From: an uncultured Clostridia bacterium
GTDB taxonomy: Bacteria; Bacillota; Clostridia; Peptostreptococcales; Anaerovoracaceae
NCBI GenBank assembly: GCA_927797855.1
Contig: CAKMLH010000001.1
Location: 19,044 to 83,043, forward strand
Length of the DNA stretch: 64,000 nt
Reading direction: 5' to 3'
The notes below the pieces were generated by a model. The model was not told the DNA's origin, did not search any database, and saw only the letters and a program-made list of their open reading frames with translations. Both the position numbers and the translations under genes were made by a program. This document shows positions 19,863 to 31,187 of this stretch, piece after piece. Every line of letters starts with the position of its first letter. Position 1 is the stretch's first letter.

Positions 19863-20723
19863 TTATTCTTCCGGCTTCTCAGGTTCTGCTTCAGGAGTTT
19901 CAGCCTCAGCTCCCTCCGTATCTTCTGCAGGCGCACTTTCCTCCTTAACGGTATAGTCTGCATTGACCATATCGTTATAATCAGCGCCCTTCATAACCAC
20001 AAGATTTTCAGTTGCAAGCTCATAAAAAGCTGTATTTGCCGTCATAAGATATGCATCCACAACAACCATAGGAAGTGACAGTATTATACCTAAAATAATT
20101 GCAAATGCACCTGTTCCATCGGAAAATGCCGAAAAGATTCCTCTCGGAATTGAGGCCAGTATATACCAGCCGATAAATGTAAGCTGCAGATAAAAATATC
20201 TGCCTTTATTTCCCGTCATGAGACGGCAGCTTTCTTTAATGCAGTCACTTACAGACATATCCGGATTATCTGCAAGAACATAGAAGCTCTGACTGTATCT
20301 GAATGCTGCTATAATACCCGGAACTACAAATAAAAACGACCAGAGCATAATCTTAACAGACATCAGAAGCAGCAGAAGGAAGGCTTTTCCAAAGTGGCTG
20401 AATCCTTCAAAGAGCAAAGTATTATCTGTCTTTCTTTTTCTGAAGAAAGTAAGCAGGAATATTGAAATTCCAAGTTCAAAAGGTCCTCCAAGAATAAAAC
20501 TGTATATACTTCCGCCGTAAGGAATGTTCTGAACAATATTTGTATCATAAACATTCATCGGATTTGAAAACACAAACACTCCGTTGAGAAGCAGCTCAAC
20601 GCCCGATGTAAGCAGATAATAAATCAGAATTCCGATAATTACCGGTTTCCAGAAGCCGGCCAGAGCATTTCGCGCAATTTCACGAATCTTGCTTGCCGGT
20701 TCAATAATGATATGATTTTGCAT
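19863..20723 (-). CDS. DUF975-like integral membrane protein
   Basis: The start is set at the ATG at 20723 (MQNHIIIEP), 7 nt after GGAGG. The protein is polytopic with an acidic Pro/Glu-rich C-terminal tail. Family assignment is by resemblance only. Confidence 0.55.
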   Translation of the reverse strand: MQNHIIIEPASKIREIARNALAGFWKPVIIGILIYYLLTSGVELLLNGVFVFSNPMNVYDTNIVQNIPYGGSIYSFILGGPFELGISIFLLTFFRKRKTDNTLLFEGFSHFGKAFLLLLLMSVKIMLWSFLFVVPGIIAAFRYSQSFYVLADNPDMSVSDCIKESCRLMTGNKGRYFYLQLTFIGWYILASIPRGIFSAFSDGTGAFAIILGIILSLPMVVVDAYLMTANTAFYELATENLVVMKGADYNDMVNADYTVKEESAPAEDTEGAEAETPEAEPEKPEE

Positions 20724-20761
20724 GTTTTTTCCTCCAAAATTATTTCGCATATACTTCAATG

Positions 20762-20790
20762 TTGACATTATACTATTTTTGTAGTATCAT
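20762..20790 (+). promoter_or_regulatory. sigma-A promoter driving the TPP riboswitch-thiT unit
   Basis: TTGACA (20762-20767), a 17-nt spacer and TATCAT (20785-20790). Confidence 0.65.
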
Positions 20791-20794
20791 TTCA

Positions 20795-20895
20795 AGCGTG
20801 CTAGGGGAGCTTTTGCTGAGATTTACCGAAAAGTTCCGTTTTCGGATAAACCCTCATCACCTGATCCGGTTAATGCCGGCGTAGGGAAGCAGAAT
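20795..20895 (+). promoter_or_regulatory. TPP (THI-box) riboswitch
   Basis: The aptamer sequences CTAGGGGAGC...GCTGAGA...ACCC...ACCTGATCCGGTTAATGCCGGCGTAGGGAA are present. It lies immediately upstream of a thiamine transporter gene. Confidence 0.93.
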
Positions 20896-20942
20896 AAGCA
20901 AAAATAACAAGTTCCCCTCCTGACAGATAAGGAGGATTTTTT

Positions 20943-21494
20943 ATGACTAAAACAAAAAATAAGAGAAACAGTCTTCACTGCCTGGTTCTCTGTGCAGTGC
21001 TCATAGCAATGTCAATGGTACTAAGCTATGTAAAGATTATCGACATGCCTTACGGCGGTTCTATTACTCTTTTCAGCATGCTCTTTGCCACCCTGACCGG
21101 ATACTTCTGCGGCCCTAAATGGGGCATAACTTCCGGTGTGGTTCTCGGCCTTCTCAATTTGCTCATCGATCCATATATTCTCTTTCCGCTGCAGGTGATT
21201 CTTGACTACATACTTGCCTTCGGTGCATTGGGTCTTTCAGGGTTTTTCTCAGAAAAGAAATACGGTCTTTACATAGGATATGCAGTTGCTATCATGGGCA
21301 GGTTTCTTTGCAGCTTCCTTTCAGGTTTTGTATTCTTTGCCGAATATGCGCCTGAAGGAATGAACCCTGTGTGGTACTCATTCATCTATAACATCCTGTA
21401 TATAGGCGGTGAAGGAGTTCTTACACTTATCGTTCTGGCCCTGCCGCCTGTAAAAAATGCTCTTGCAAGGCTTAAAGCCCAGATGATAAGGTAG
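20943..21494 (+). CDS. thiT: ECF-transporter S component for thiamine (ThiT)
   Basis: 183 aa with 6 TM segments, the MPYGGSITLFSML motif region and an upstream TPP riboswitch. Confidence 0.8.
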   Translation: MTKTKNKRNSLHCLVLCAVLIAMSMVLSYVKIIDMPYGGSITLFSMLFATLTGYFCGPKWGITSGVVLGLLNLLIDPYILFPLQVILDYILAFGALGLSGFFSEKKYGLYIGYAVAIMGRFLCSFLSGFVFFAEYAPEGMNPVWYSFIYNILYIGGEGVLTLIVLALPPVKNALARLKAQMIR

Positions 21495-21527
21495 GAACAT
21501 TAAAGTAAACCTAAAATGTCATTGAAA

Positions 21528-21568
21528 ATCACTGAGGAAAGTGTTAAACTGTACTTAGTGATTTTTTT
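21528..21568 (+). terminator. rho-independent terminator after thiT
   Basis: ATCACTGAG-N17-CTTAGTGAT (one G.U pair) is followed by TTTTTTT. Confidence 0.7.
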
Positions 21569-21602
21569 GTCAAAAATTTTACATAGAAAGGAAAATATAA
21601 AG

Positions 21603-22379
21603 ATGTATCAGACAATTAAGTATGAAGTGAAAGAAAACATCGGTTATGTTACCATCAACAGACCGGAGGCGCTCAATGCGCTTAATAAAACTGTTCTTGA
21701 AGAGCTTTTTGATGTATTTAATAAAATCGATGAAGACGATGCAGTTCGCGCAGTTATCCTTACAGGAGAAGGCCGTTCTTTCGTCGCAGGTGCTGATATC
21801 GCCCAGATGAGCACTCTCAATGTAGCTGAAGGCAGAGCTTTCGGAGCCTACGGCCACAAGGTTATGAATTTTATCGAAAAGATGGAAAAGCCGGTTATCG
21901 CTGCTGTAAACGGTTTTGCCCTGGGCGGCGGATGCGAAATCGCCATGGCATGTGACTTCAGAATAGCTTCATCAAAGGCCAAGTTCGGTCAGCCTGAGGT
22001 CGGCCTGGGCATTACTCCTGGCTTCGGCGGAACACAGAGGCTTTCAAAGCTTGTAGGTAAAGGAATGGCTAAAATGCTTATTCTCACAGCTGATACTATT
22101 AACGCTGAAGAAGCCTACAGAATCGGCCTTGTTGAAAAGGTTGTAGAACCGGAAGAGCTTATTCCTTGCTGTGAGGAAATTGCTAAAAAGATTGCCTCAA
22201 AGGCTCCTATCGCTGTGGGCATGGCCAAGACCTGCATCAACAAAGGATATCACCTTGACATGTTCTCCGGCTGCGCTCTTGAAGCTGAGGCTTTCGGCGG
22301 CTGCTTCGGCACAGAAGATCAGAAGGAAGGCATGAAAGCATTCCTTGAAAAGAGACCAGCAGAGTTTAAGGGCAGATAG
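21603..22379 (+). CDS. crt: short-chain enoyl-CoA hydratase (crotonase)
   Basis: The start is at the ATG at 21603 (MYQTIKYEVKENIGYVTINRPEALNAL). FVAGADI and VNGFALGGGCEIAMACDFRIAS of the crotonase fold are present. Confidence 0.88.
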   Translation: MYQTIKYEVKENIGYVTINRPEALNALNKTVLEELFDVFNKIDEDDAVRAVILTGEGRSFVAGADIAQMSTLNVAEGRAFGAYGHKVMNFIEKMEKPVIAAVNGFALGGGCEIAMACDFRIASSKAKFGQPEVGLGITPGFGGTQRLSKLVGKGMAKMLILTADTINAEEAYRIGLVEKVVEPEELIPCCEEIAKKIASKAPIAVGMAKTCINKGYHLDMFSGCALEAEAFGGCFGTEDQKEGMKAFLEKRPAEFKGR

Positions 22380-22396
22380 ACATATTAAGTGTAGAA

Positions 22397-22434
22397 AGCG
22401 AAGGCAGACATAAAAGTTTACCTTCGCTTTTTTA
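22397..22434 (+). terminator. rho-independent terminator after crt
   Basis: AGCGAAGG-N16-CCTTCGCT is followed by TTTTTT. Confidence 0.75.
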
Positions 22435-22450
22435 TGTTCTTCTTTCCCAT

Positions 22451-22476
22451 AAAAAACAGAGAGCCGAAGCCCTCTG
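22451..22476 (-). terminator. rho-independent terminator after hppA
   Basis: On the minus strand, CAGAGGGC-TTCG-GCTCTCTG (one G.U pair) is followed by TTTTTT. Confidence 0.75.
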
Positions 22477-22502
22477 AAAAAAACTTTTTTTATTTATTTT
22501 GA

Positions 22503-24524
22503 CTACAGACCGGTGAGGATTCCGCCTACCTGTACGAATAAAGGTGCGAATACTACTGCAACGATAGTCATTAACTTGATTAAAATGTTGATGGAAGGAC
22601 CGGAAGTATCCTTGAACGGGTCACCTACAGTATCACCTACAACAGCAGCCTTGTGAGGATCTGATCCCTTGCCGCCGAAGTGACCTTCTTCAATATACTT
22701 CTTGGCATTATCCCATGCGCCGCCTGCGTTTGCCATCATGATAGCAAGGAGAACGCCTGCTGACAATGCTCCGCCCAGCATTCCGCCCAGAGCTGCAGGT
22801 CCTAAGATGAGACCTACTGCAAGTGGAGCAACAATGGCCATGATACCAGGAACAACCATTTCCTTCAATGCTGCCATTGTTGAAATGTCAACGCAGTTTG
22901 CATAGTCAGGCTTGGATGTACCTTCCATGATTCCCTTATCTTCTCTGAACTGTCTTCTTACTTCTTCAATCATCTGATTTGCAGCCTTACCAACTGAATT
23001 CATGGTCATTGCTGAGAACAGGAACGGAAGCATAGCACCTATAAACAGTCCGATAATTACGATAGGATCTAACAGGCTGATAACGTTAAGTCCGGTTACT
23101 GCCGCATATGAAGCGAACAGAGCAAGAGCTGTAAGTGCAGCTGAACCGATGGCGAAACCTTTTCCAATTGCTGCTGTGGTGTTACCTACAGAGTCAAGCT
23201 TGTCCGTAATTTCTCTTACTTCGTGAGGGAGCTCTGCCATTTCTGCAATTCCGCCTGCGTTGTCAGATACAGGACCGTAAGCGTCAACTGCAACTGTCAT
23301 TCCTGTTGTTGAAAGCATACCTACTGCTGCAAGTGCGATTCCGTATAATCCTGCAAACTTATATGCAACAAATACGCCTACACAGATGAATATGATAGGC
23401 CATAAAGTTGACATCATACCAACTCCAAGTCCGCTGATAATTGTTGTTGCTGCTCCTGTCTGTGACTGATCAGCAATCTTCTGTACTGACTTGTAATCTC
23501 CGGAAGTATATACTTCTGTAATCTTACCGATGGCAATACCTACAATCAGACCTGCGATGATAGCAGCTGCATATGTGAAATCGCCCAGCATTTTCTTTGA
23601 AAGTATAATGGTCGCAATAATGACAATAACACCGCTGATGTATGTTCCCATGTTAAGGGCTGCAGCAGGATTTCCGCCTTCTTTGCCCCTTACCAGCATG
23701 ATGCCGATTACGGATGCCAAAATACCGATTGCCGCTATAATAAGCGGGAATATTGCCGCTGTCATTTCTGTGAAAGTTGCAGAAGCATTTGATGTTTCTA
23801 CTGCAACAGCAGCAAGAGTAATAGCTGAAATAATTGAGCCCACATAAGATTCAAACAGATCAGAGCCCATTCCTGCAACGTCACCTACGTTGTCGCCTAC
23901 GTTATCTGCAATAACTGCAGGGTTCCTAGGGTCATCTTCAGGAATGCCTGCTTCTACCTTACCTACCAGGTCAGCGCCTACGTCAGCGGCTTTGGTGTAG
24001 ATACCGCCGCCTACACGTCCGAAGAGAGCCATTGAAGAAGCTCCCAGACCAAAGCCTGTTACGCACTGAGTTACAGTTGCAAGATTAAGGGTGCATACTA
24101 CAACTCCAAGTCCAAAAAGGCCAAGTCCTGAAACGCAAAGACCCATTACTGCGCCGGATCTGAATGCAATCTTTAAAGCTTTATCCATGCCGGATTCTCT
24201 TGCGGCATTTGCGGTTCTTACATTACCCAGAGTGGCAACCTTCATTCCGAAGAAGCCTGCCAGCACGGAAAGAAGTGCTCCGCAAAGATAAAGAACTGCT
24301 GTGGTCCAGCTCTGTAAGCCTAAACCGATTAACAAGAAGAGAACAACGATTACAATTACCATTGTCTTATACTCTCTTCTAAGGAAAGCCATGGCACCTT
24401 CTCTGATGAACCCGGCAATTTCCTTCATTCTGTCTGTCCCCTCGTCAGCCTTTTTGATCCATGCTGCTAAACAGAAAGCAACAACAAGACCAATTACAGC
24501 TGCGATTACAGCAAAAAATTTCAT
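22503..24524 (-). CDS. hppA: membrane-bound proton/sodium-translocating pyrophosphatase
   Basis: 673 aa with about 16 TM segments. Motifs seen: [25 protein letters not shown] and [16 protein letters not shown]. Confidence 0.95.
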   Translation of the reverse strand: MKFFAVIAAVIGLVVAFCLAAWIKKADEGTDRMKEIAGFIREGAMAFLRREYKTMVIVIVVLFLLIGLGLQSWTTAVLYLCGALLSVLAGFFGMKVATLGNVRTANAARESGMDKALKIAFRSGAVMGLCVSGLGLFGLGVVVCTLNLATVTQCVTGFGLGASSMALFGRVGGGIYTKAADVGADLVGKVEAGIPEDDPRNPAVIADNVGDNVGDVAGMGSDLFESYVGSIISAITLAAVAVETSNASATFTEMTAAIFPLIIAAIGILASVIGIMLVRGKEGGNPAAALNMGTYISGVIVIIATIILSKKMLGDFTYAAAIIAGLIVGIAIGKITEVYTSGDYKSVQKIADQSQTGAATTIISGLGVGMMSTLWPIIFICVGVFVAYKFAGLYGIALAAVGMLSTTGMTVAVDAYGPVSDNAGGIAEMAELPHEVREITDKLDSVGNTTAAIGKGFAIGSAALTALALFASYAAVTGLNVISLLDPIVIIGLFIGAMLPFLFSAMTMNSVGKAANQMIEEVRRQFREDKGIMEGTSKPDYANCVDISTMAALKEMVVPGIMAIVAPLAVGLILGPAALGGMLGGALSAGVLLAIMMANAGGAWDNAKKYIEEGHFGGKGSDPHKAAVVGDTVGDPFKDTSGPSINILIKLMTIVAVVFAPLFVQVGGILTGL

Positions 24525-24638
24525 GATATAATTACCTCCTACTCACTTCTTAACGCCACATAAGAGGTACGGACTTCCGCACCTCTTGCGTTTAAGTGAA
24601 ATATAATAAAAAAATTAGAAACGTATTAAATGTCCCCG

Positions 24639-24872
24639 CTACTCAAATACAGCTACGATTACTATTGATATAATAATGAAAAGAATCGCTGAAACTGTAG
24701 TAATCTTCTCTAACAGGGCTTCGTAACCTTTACTCTTTTTCTTTCCAAAAAGCTGCTCAGCGCCGCCGGCAATTGAACCGGAGAGACCTGCACTGTTTCC
24801 GGACTGAAGCAGTACGCTGGCAATAAGAACAATGCTGGCTACTGCAAGTAATATCATCAGGAAAATCTTCAT
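24639..24872 (-). CDS. secG: preprotein translocase subunit SecG
   Basis: The start is at the ATG at 24872 (MKIFLMILL), 7 nt after GGAGG. The protein has two TM segments flanking LLQSGNSAGLSGSIAGG. Confidence 0.88.
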   Translation of the reverse strand: MKIFLMILLAVASIVLIASVLLQSGNSAGLSGSIAGGAEQLFGKKKSKGYEALLEKITTVSAILFIIISIVIVAVFE

Positions 24873-24932
24873 CTCGTACCTCCTCACATTTTAACTTGAT
24901 AATTGTACCATATACCATGGAGTAAAATCAAG

Positions 24933-26692
<1,760 letters not shown>

Positions 26693-26721
26693 TTAAACCT
26701 CCTCTTTATTATTTATCTTCA

Positions 26722-27915
26722 TTATTTATCTTCTAAAACAGCAATCCCCGGCAGAACTTTTCCCTCAAGAAATTCCAGAGAGGCTCCGCCGCCTGTGGAT
26801 ATGTGAGTCATTTTATCTGCTAGTCCGAACTGCTCTACAGCAGCTGCAGAATCTCCTCCGCCTATGATAGTAACACCGCTGCTACCTGCCAGCGCCTCAG
26901 CCACTGCCCTGGTTCCGGAAGCAAAGTTTGGCATTTCAAATACGCCCATAGGTCCGTTCCAGACTACCGTGGCAGCATCTGATACGGCCTTCCTGTAAAG
27001 CTCTGCGGTCGCCGGTCCGATATCCAGTCCCATCATATCGGCAGGAATTCCATCGAAAGGATATACGCCGAATTCTGTATCATTGCTGAATTCCTTTCCG
27101 CAGACGCAGTCTATAGGAAGAAGCATCTTTACTCCTGATTTTTCCGCTTCTTTGAGCAGGTCTTTCGCCAGCTGAACATTTTCTTTATCCAGGATTGATG
27201 TGCCTATTTCAAGGCCTTGTGATCTGAAAAAGGTATAGGCCATACCTCCGCCGATAATGAGTGTGTCAACCTTTTTAAGCAGATTTTTTATTACTGGTAT
27301 CTTGTCTCCCACCTTGGCACCGCCCATAATTGCCACAAAAGGTCTCTTGGGATTTTCCACAGCGTTTCCCAGGAATTCCACTTCCTTTTCAATGAGAAAG
27401 CCCGAAACTGCCGGAAGGTATTCGGCAACACCTGCTGTGGATGCATGAGCTCTGTGAGCTGTTCCGAAAGCATCATTGACGAAAACGTCCCCCAGGCCTG
27501 CAAGCTCTTTAGCAAAGTCCTTATCGTTCTTTGTCTCCTCTTTTCTGAATCTTACATTCTCCAGAAGCATAACCTGCCCGTCTTTAAGCTTGGAAGCGGT
27601 TTTCTTTACTTTTTCATCTACAACTCTGTCGGAGCTTACAAACATGACTTCTCTGCCGAGGAGCTGAGATAACCGCTTAGCCACCGGTGCGAGAGAAAAT
27701 TCTTTTTTAGGCTCGCCGTCAGGTCTGCCCAGGTGAGACATGAGAATAACTTTTGCCCCGCCATCCATAAGATAACGGATTGTAGGAAGTGCTGATACAA
27801 TCCTGATATCGTCGGTGATAACACCGTCTTTCAGCGGAACATTAAAGTCGCATCTTACCAGAACTTTCTTTCCCTTTACATCTATATCTCTCACTGTTTT
27901 TTTCATCTTTCCCAA
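26722..27915 (-). CDS. pgk: phosphoglycerate kinase
   Basis: 397 aa with [23 protein letters not shown] and [11 protein letters not shown]. Confidence 0.96.
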   Translation of the reverse strand: MGKMKKTVRDIDVKGKKVLVRCDFNVPLKDGVITDDIRIVSALPTIRYLMDGGAKVILMSHLGRPDGEPKKEFSLAPVAKRLSQLLGREVMFVSSDRVVDEKVKKTASKLKDGQVMLLENVRFRKEETKNDKDFAKELAGLGDVFVNDAFGTAHRAHASTAGVAEYLPAVSGFLIEKEVEFLGNAVENPKRPFVAIMGGAKVGDKIPVIKNLLKKVDTLIIGGGMAYTFFRSQGLEIGTSILDKENVQLAKDLLKEAEKSGVKMLLPIDCVCGKEFSNDTEFGVYPFDGIPADMMGLDIGPATAELYRKAVSDAATVVWNGPMGVFEMPNFASGTRAVAEALAGSSGVTIIGGGDSAAAVEQFGLADKMTHISTGGGASLEFLEGKVLPGIAVLEDK

Positions 27916-28001
27916 ACCTTCCTTTGCTTTATAACATAGCCTTTGCCCATAGGGAGCAAAGGCTTTTTAACTGTATTTATTATGTATCGATTGTCTGCAA
28001 A

Positions 28002-29018
28002 TTATTTGTTGTCTACACTGTGCATATATTTCAGCATATTCAGCAGGTTGCTGGAATAGCCGAATTCGTTATCGTAGTAAGCTATAAGCTTGAAGAAGTG
28101 GTCATTAAGCTCAATTGTCTGTCTCGCATCAAATATTGATGTGCACGGGTCACCTACAAAGTCACCGGAAACAACTTCATCATCCACATATTCGAGAACG
28201 CCTTTAAGGTATGTCTCCGAAGCTTCTTTAATTTTCTGTCTGAGCTCAGGACCGCTGGCAGGAGTATTTAATACAACATTAACATCTATAACGGAAACGT
28301 CAGCCGTAGGAACTCTGTAAGAAATACCTGTCATCTTGCCCTTCAGAGAAGGAATAACCAGACCAACAGCCTTTGCGGCTCCTGTAGTCGACGGAATTAC
28401 ATTGCCGAAAACAGAACGTCCCGTTCTCCAGTCTTTAAGTGATTTGGCATCAACCACCTTCTGCTTTGCCGTGGCGGCATGTATAGTGGACATAAGTCCT
28501 TCTTTAATTCCGAAATTATCTTCTATAACTTTCATCAGCGGAGCCAAACAGTTTGTGGTACATGATGCGTTTGAAACGACCTTCATGTCAGAGCTGTATT
28601 TATCGTGGTTTACTCCGTATACAAAAGTAGGTGTCTCATTATCTTTAGCCGGTGCGGAAATAATAACATGCTTTGCACCTGCATCAATGTGATCCATTGC
28701 TTTTTCCGAAGTAACATAAGCACCGGTACAGTCTATTACATAGTCAACGCCGGCCTCTTTCCATGGAATCTCCAGTGCATCAGAATATGAATAAACATCT
28801 ACATGTGTCCCGTCAATAAATATACCGGACTTGTCATAATCCAGGCTCTTTGGGAATCTCCCGAAAACAGTATCGTATTTGAGCATATATACCATGTATT
28901 CCAGGTTTGCATTCCTCAGATTAATCGCTCTGATTTCAATTTCCGGCATATCCATAGCTGCACGTATAATTACTCTTCCTATTCTGCCAAAACCGTTAAT
29001 TCCAACTCTAATCGCCAT
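28002..29018 (-). CDS. glyceraldehyde-3-phosphate dehydrogenase paralogue (eukaryote/E. coli GapA-like lineage, divergent cofactor pocket)
   Basis: 338 aa with [43 protein letters not shown] and YYDNE. Asp32 is replaced by Leu (AINLRN) and Pro188 by Lys (VDAKS). Confidence 0.9.
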   Translation of the reverse strand: MAIRVGINGFGRIGRVIIRAAMDMPEIEIRAINLRNANLEYMVYMLKYDTVFGRFPKSLDYDKSGIFIDGTHVDVYSYSDALEIPWKEAGVDYVIDCTGAYVTSEKAMDHIDAGAKHVIISAPAKDNETPTFVYGVNHDKYSSDMKVVSNASCTTNCLAPLMKVIEDNFGIKEGLMSTIHAATAKQKVVDAKSLKDWRTGRSVFGNVIPSTTGAAKAVGLVIPSLKGKMTGISYRVPTADVSVIDVNVVLNTPASGPELRQKIKEASETYLKGVLEYVDDEVVSGDFVGDPCTSIFDARQTIELNDHFFKLIAYYDNEFGYSSNLLNMLKYMHSVDNK

Positions 29019-29087
29019 TTTAAATTCTCCTCCTAAAACTCTCTGCTAAATAATGACAATTTAATGCAAAAAATATTTTTATATATA

Positions 29088-30500
29088 TCAATACCTTCTC
29101 CTCTTGGATGAGGAAAGAATATTCATACCTTCTCTGTATTTGGCTACTGTACGCCTTGAAATCTCAATGCCCTTTTTACTGAGAATATCAACCATATCCT
29201 GATCGCTGTAAGGTTTCTTCGGGTCTTCGCTGTCGACAATCTCCTTAATAAAAGTCTTAATACTGTTGGACGACATACCTGCACCGCTGGCATCAGTAAT
29301 GCCGCTTGAAAAGAAATATTTTATCTCAAAAACACCCCTTGGTGTCTGCATATATTTGCCGTTAATAGAGCGGCTTACGGTGGATTCGTGTATTCCCAGA
29401 TCATCGGCCACCTGTTTAAGTGTCAGAGGCTTCATATATTTAGGCCCCTTGTCCAAAAACTCTTTCTGGTGCTGCACAACGGAATTGACAACGTTATATA
29501 TGGTCTGTTTCCGCTGCTCTATGCTCTTTATAAGCCATAATGCGGCATTGTATTTATCATTAAGATATTTGGAAAGTTCCTGATCGTTAGGCGACTGCTT
29601 TGCAAGATTCATATAGTAAGGACTTACCATAAGTCTCGGCACTGTGCCCTCGTTGGTAAGAACCTGATATTCACCGTCAATTTTCTCAACGATCACATCG
29701 GGAACCACATACTTTACAGTATCTCCCGATGAATACTGCCGGCCGGGTTTGGGCTCCAGGGTTCTTATAAGATCCGTGACCATCTGTACCTGCTCCACTG
29801 TCAGTCCGGTGGCCTTGGCAACCTTATTCAGTTTATTTTCCGCAAGATCCTCAAGATGATGAAGAATTATGTACTCAACAGTATCCTCAAGGAGGCCTTT
29901 GGCTGCAAGCTGTATTATAAGACATTCCTCGAGATTTCTGGCCCCCACTCCTGAGGGCTCAAAAGTCTGAATTACATCCAGGACCTTTTCAACTCTTTCT
30001 TTGGTAACCTTGAAACATTCCGCAACCTTAGCCGTGTCTGCAGTCAGATAACCGTTATCGTCAATGGCTTCCACCAGATACCTTCCGATCTTCATATCAC
30101 AGCCCTTAAGGTTTGAAAAAGTAAGCTGAAGCAGCAGATAATCTTCAAGGGTTTCTTCTTTACTTACATACTGTTCAAAGGAGGTCTCGTCGTGATCTTT
30201 GGAATATTCCCATTGGCGGTAGCTTATATCGTCGTATTCAGCCTCCTTGACTTTTTCACGCAGGTCGATTTCAGATTTTTCTGCTTCCCGGCGGTCAATG
30301 TCCTCTGTTTTTGAAATCTCCGGTTCTTTTTTAATTTCCCTTCCGTCGTATTCCAGTACAGGGTTTTGCATGATCTGCTCCTGAACAAAGGACTCCAGCT
30401 CCTGAGTGTTAAACTGCAGAATCTGTATGGCCTGAATGAGTTCCGGTGTCATAGTAAGTTTCTGTGTCTGTTCAATTGTCAGGTCATATCCTAATTTCAT
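29088..30500 (-). CDS. rpoN: RNA polymerase sigma-54 factor
   Basis: The start is at MKLGYDL (30500). Region I is LTMTPELIQAIQILQ. An HTH and the RpoN box (SRRTVAKYREGM) are present. Confidence 0.92.
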   Translation of the reverse strand: MKLGYDLTIEQTQKLTMTPELIQAIQILQFNTQELESFVQEQIMQNPVLEYDGREIKKEPEISKTEDIDRREAEKSEIDLREKVKEAEYDDISYRQWEYSKDHDETSFEQYVSKEETLEDYLLLQLTFSNLKGCDMKIGRYLVEAIDDNGYLTADTAKVAECFKVTKERVEKVLDVIQTFEPSGVGARNLEECLIIQLAAKGLLEDTVEYIILHHLEDLAENKLNKVAKATGLTVEQVQMVTDLIRTLEPKPGRQYSSGDTVKYVVPDVIVEKIDGEYQVLTNEGTVPRLMVSPYYMNLAKQSPNDQELSKYLNDKYNAALWLIKSIEQRKQTIYNVVNSVVQHQKEFLDKGPKYMKPLTLKQVADDLGIHESTVSRSINGKYMQTPRGVFEIKYFFSSGITDASGAGMSSNSIKTFIKEIVDSEDPKKPYSDQDMVDILSKKGIEISRRTVAKYREGMNILSSSKRRRY

Positions 30501-30543
30501 TCTTTTCCTCCGCTTATGCAAATATTATACCAAAGAAAAGTTT

Positions 30544-31020
30544 TTATTTCAACCCCGGGAAATTTAATTGGCGAAGAGCTTCAAACAAAATAATATTTGC
30601 AGAATTGGCAAGGTTAAAGGAGCGAAGACGGGTATCAGCGCTCATGGGAATTCTTATAGCAGTATCCGCATGGGCCGCAATAAAATCTCTGGGCAGCCCT
30701 GCTGTTTCCTTTCCAAAGAGGAACATATCCTCGTCTCTGTATTGGAATTCGGTATAAATGTGCCCTCCCTTTGTAGTGGCCAGAAAGAGCCTGCGCTCAC
30801 CTCCGCCGTACTTTTCCATGAAGGCATCAAGACTTTCGTGGACTTCAAGTTTGACATAAGGCCAGTAATCTAGGCCTGCACGTTTCAGGCTCTTATCATC
30901 TATTTTAAATCCCAGCGGTTTTACAAGATGAAGCTTCGTATCTGTAGCCGCGCATGTTCTTGCAATATTGCCTGTGTTAGGGGGGATCTCCGGTTCAACG
31001 AAAACTATGTGTAAAGACAT
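30544..31020 (-). CDS. trmL: tRNA (cytidine/uridine34-2'-O)-methyltransferase TrmL (SpoU family)
   Basis: The start is at MSLHIVFVEPEIPPNTGNIARTC (31020). The protein is about 158 aa with the SPOUT knot motifs LFGKETAGLP and IPM...RS.NLAN. Confidence 0.85.
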   Translation of the reverse strand: MSLHIVFVEPEIPPNTGNIARTCAATDTKLHLVKPLGFKIDDKSLKRAGLDYWPYVKLEVHESLDAFMEKYGGGERRLFLATTKGGHIYTEFQYRDEDMFLFGKETAGLPRDFIAAHADTAIRIPMSADTRLRSFNLANSANIILFEALRQLNFPGLK

Positions 31021-31187
31021 TTGTATTACTCCTTTTTTTTTGAAAGCCGTAGTTATTTGCAAAAAGGCTCTTTCTCTATATTACCAAATTCTAAAAAAAA
31101 TTAAAGACTTTTTAAAGACAAAACAGGATATTTATGATAGAATCATAAAATCGAGGCAAATTTAAGAAAAAACCGGAGGTTTAACAT

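Noticed and set aside
27315-27334. TGGCAC hexamers (27315 and 31963) as candidate sigma-54 -24 elements, considered because rpoN is in the window.
   Set aside because: Both lie inside coding regions, and the first is on the strand opposite its gene. Neither has a TTGC -12 element at the required N5 spacing.
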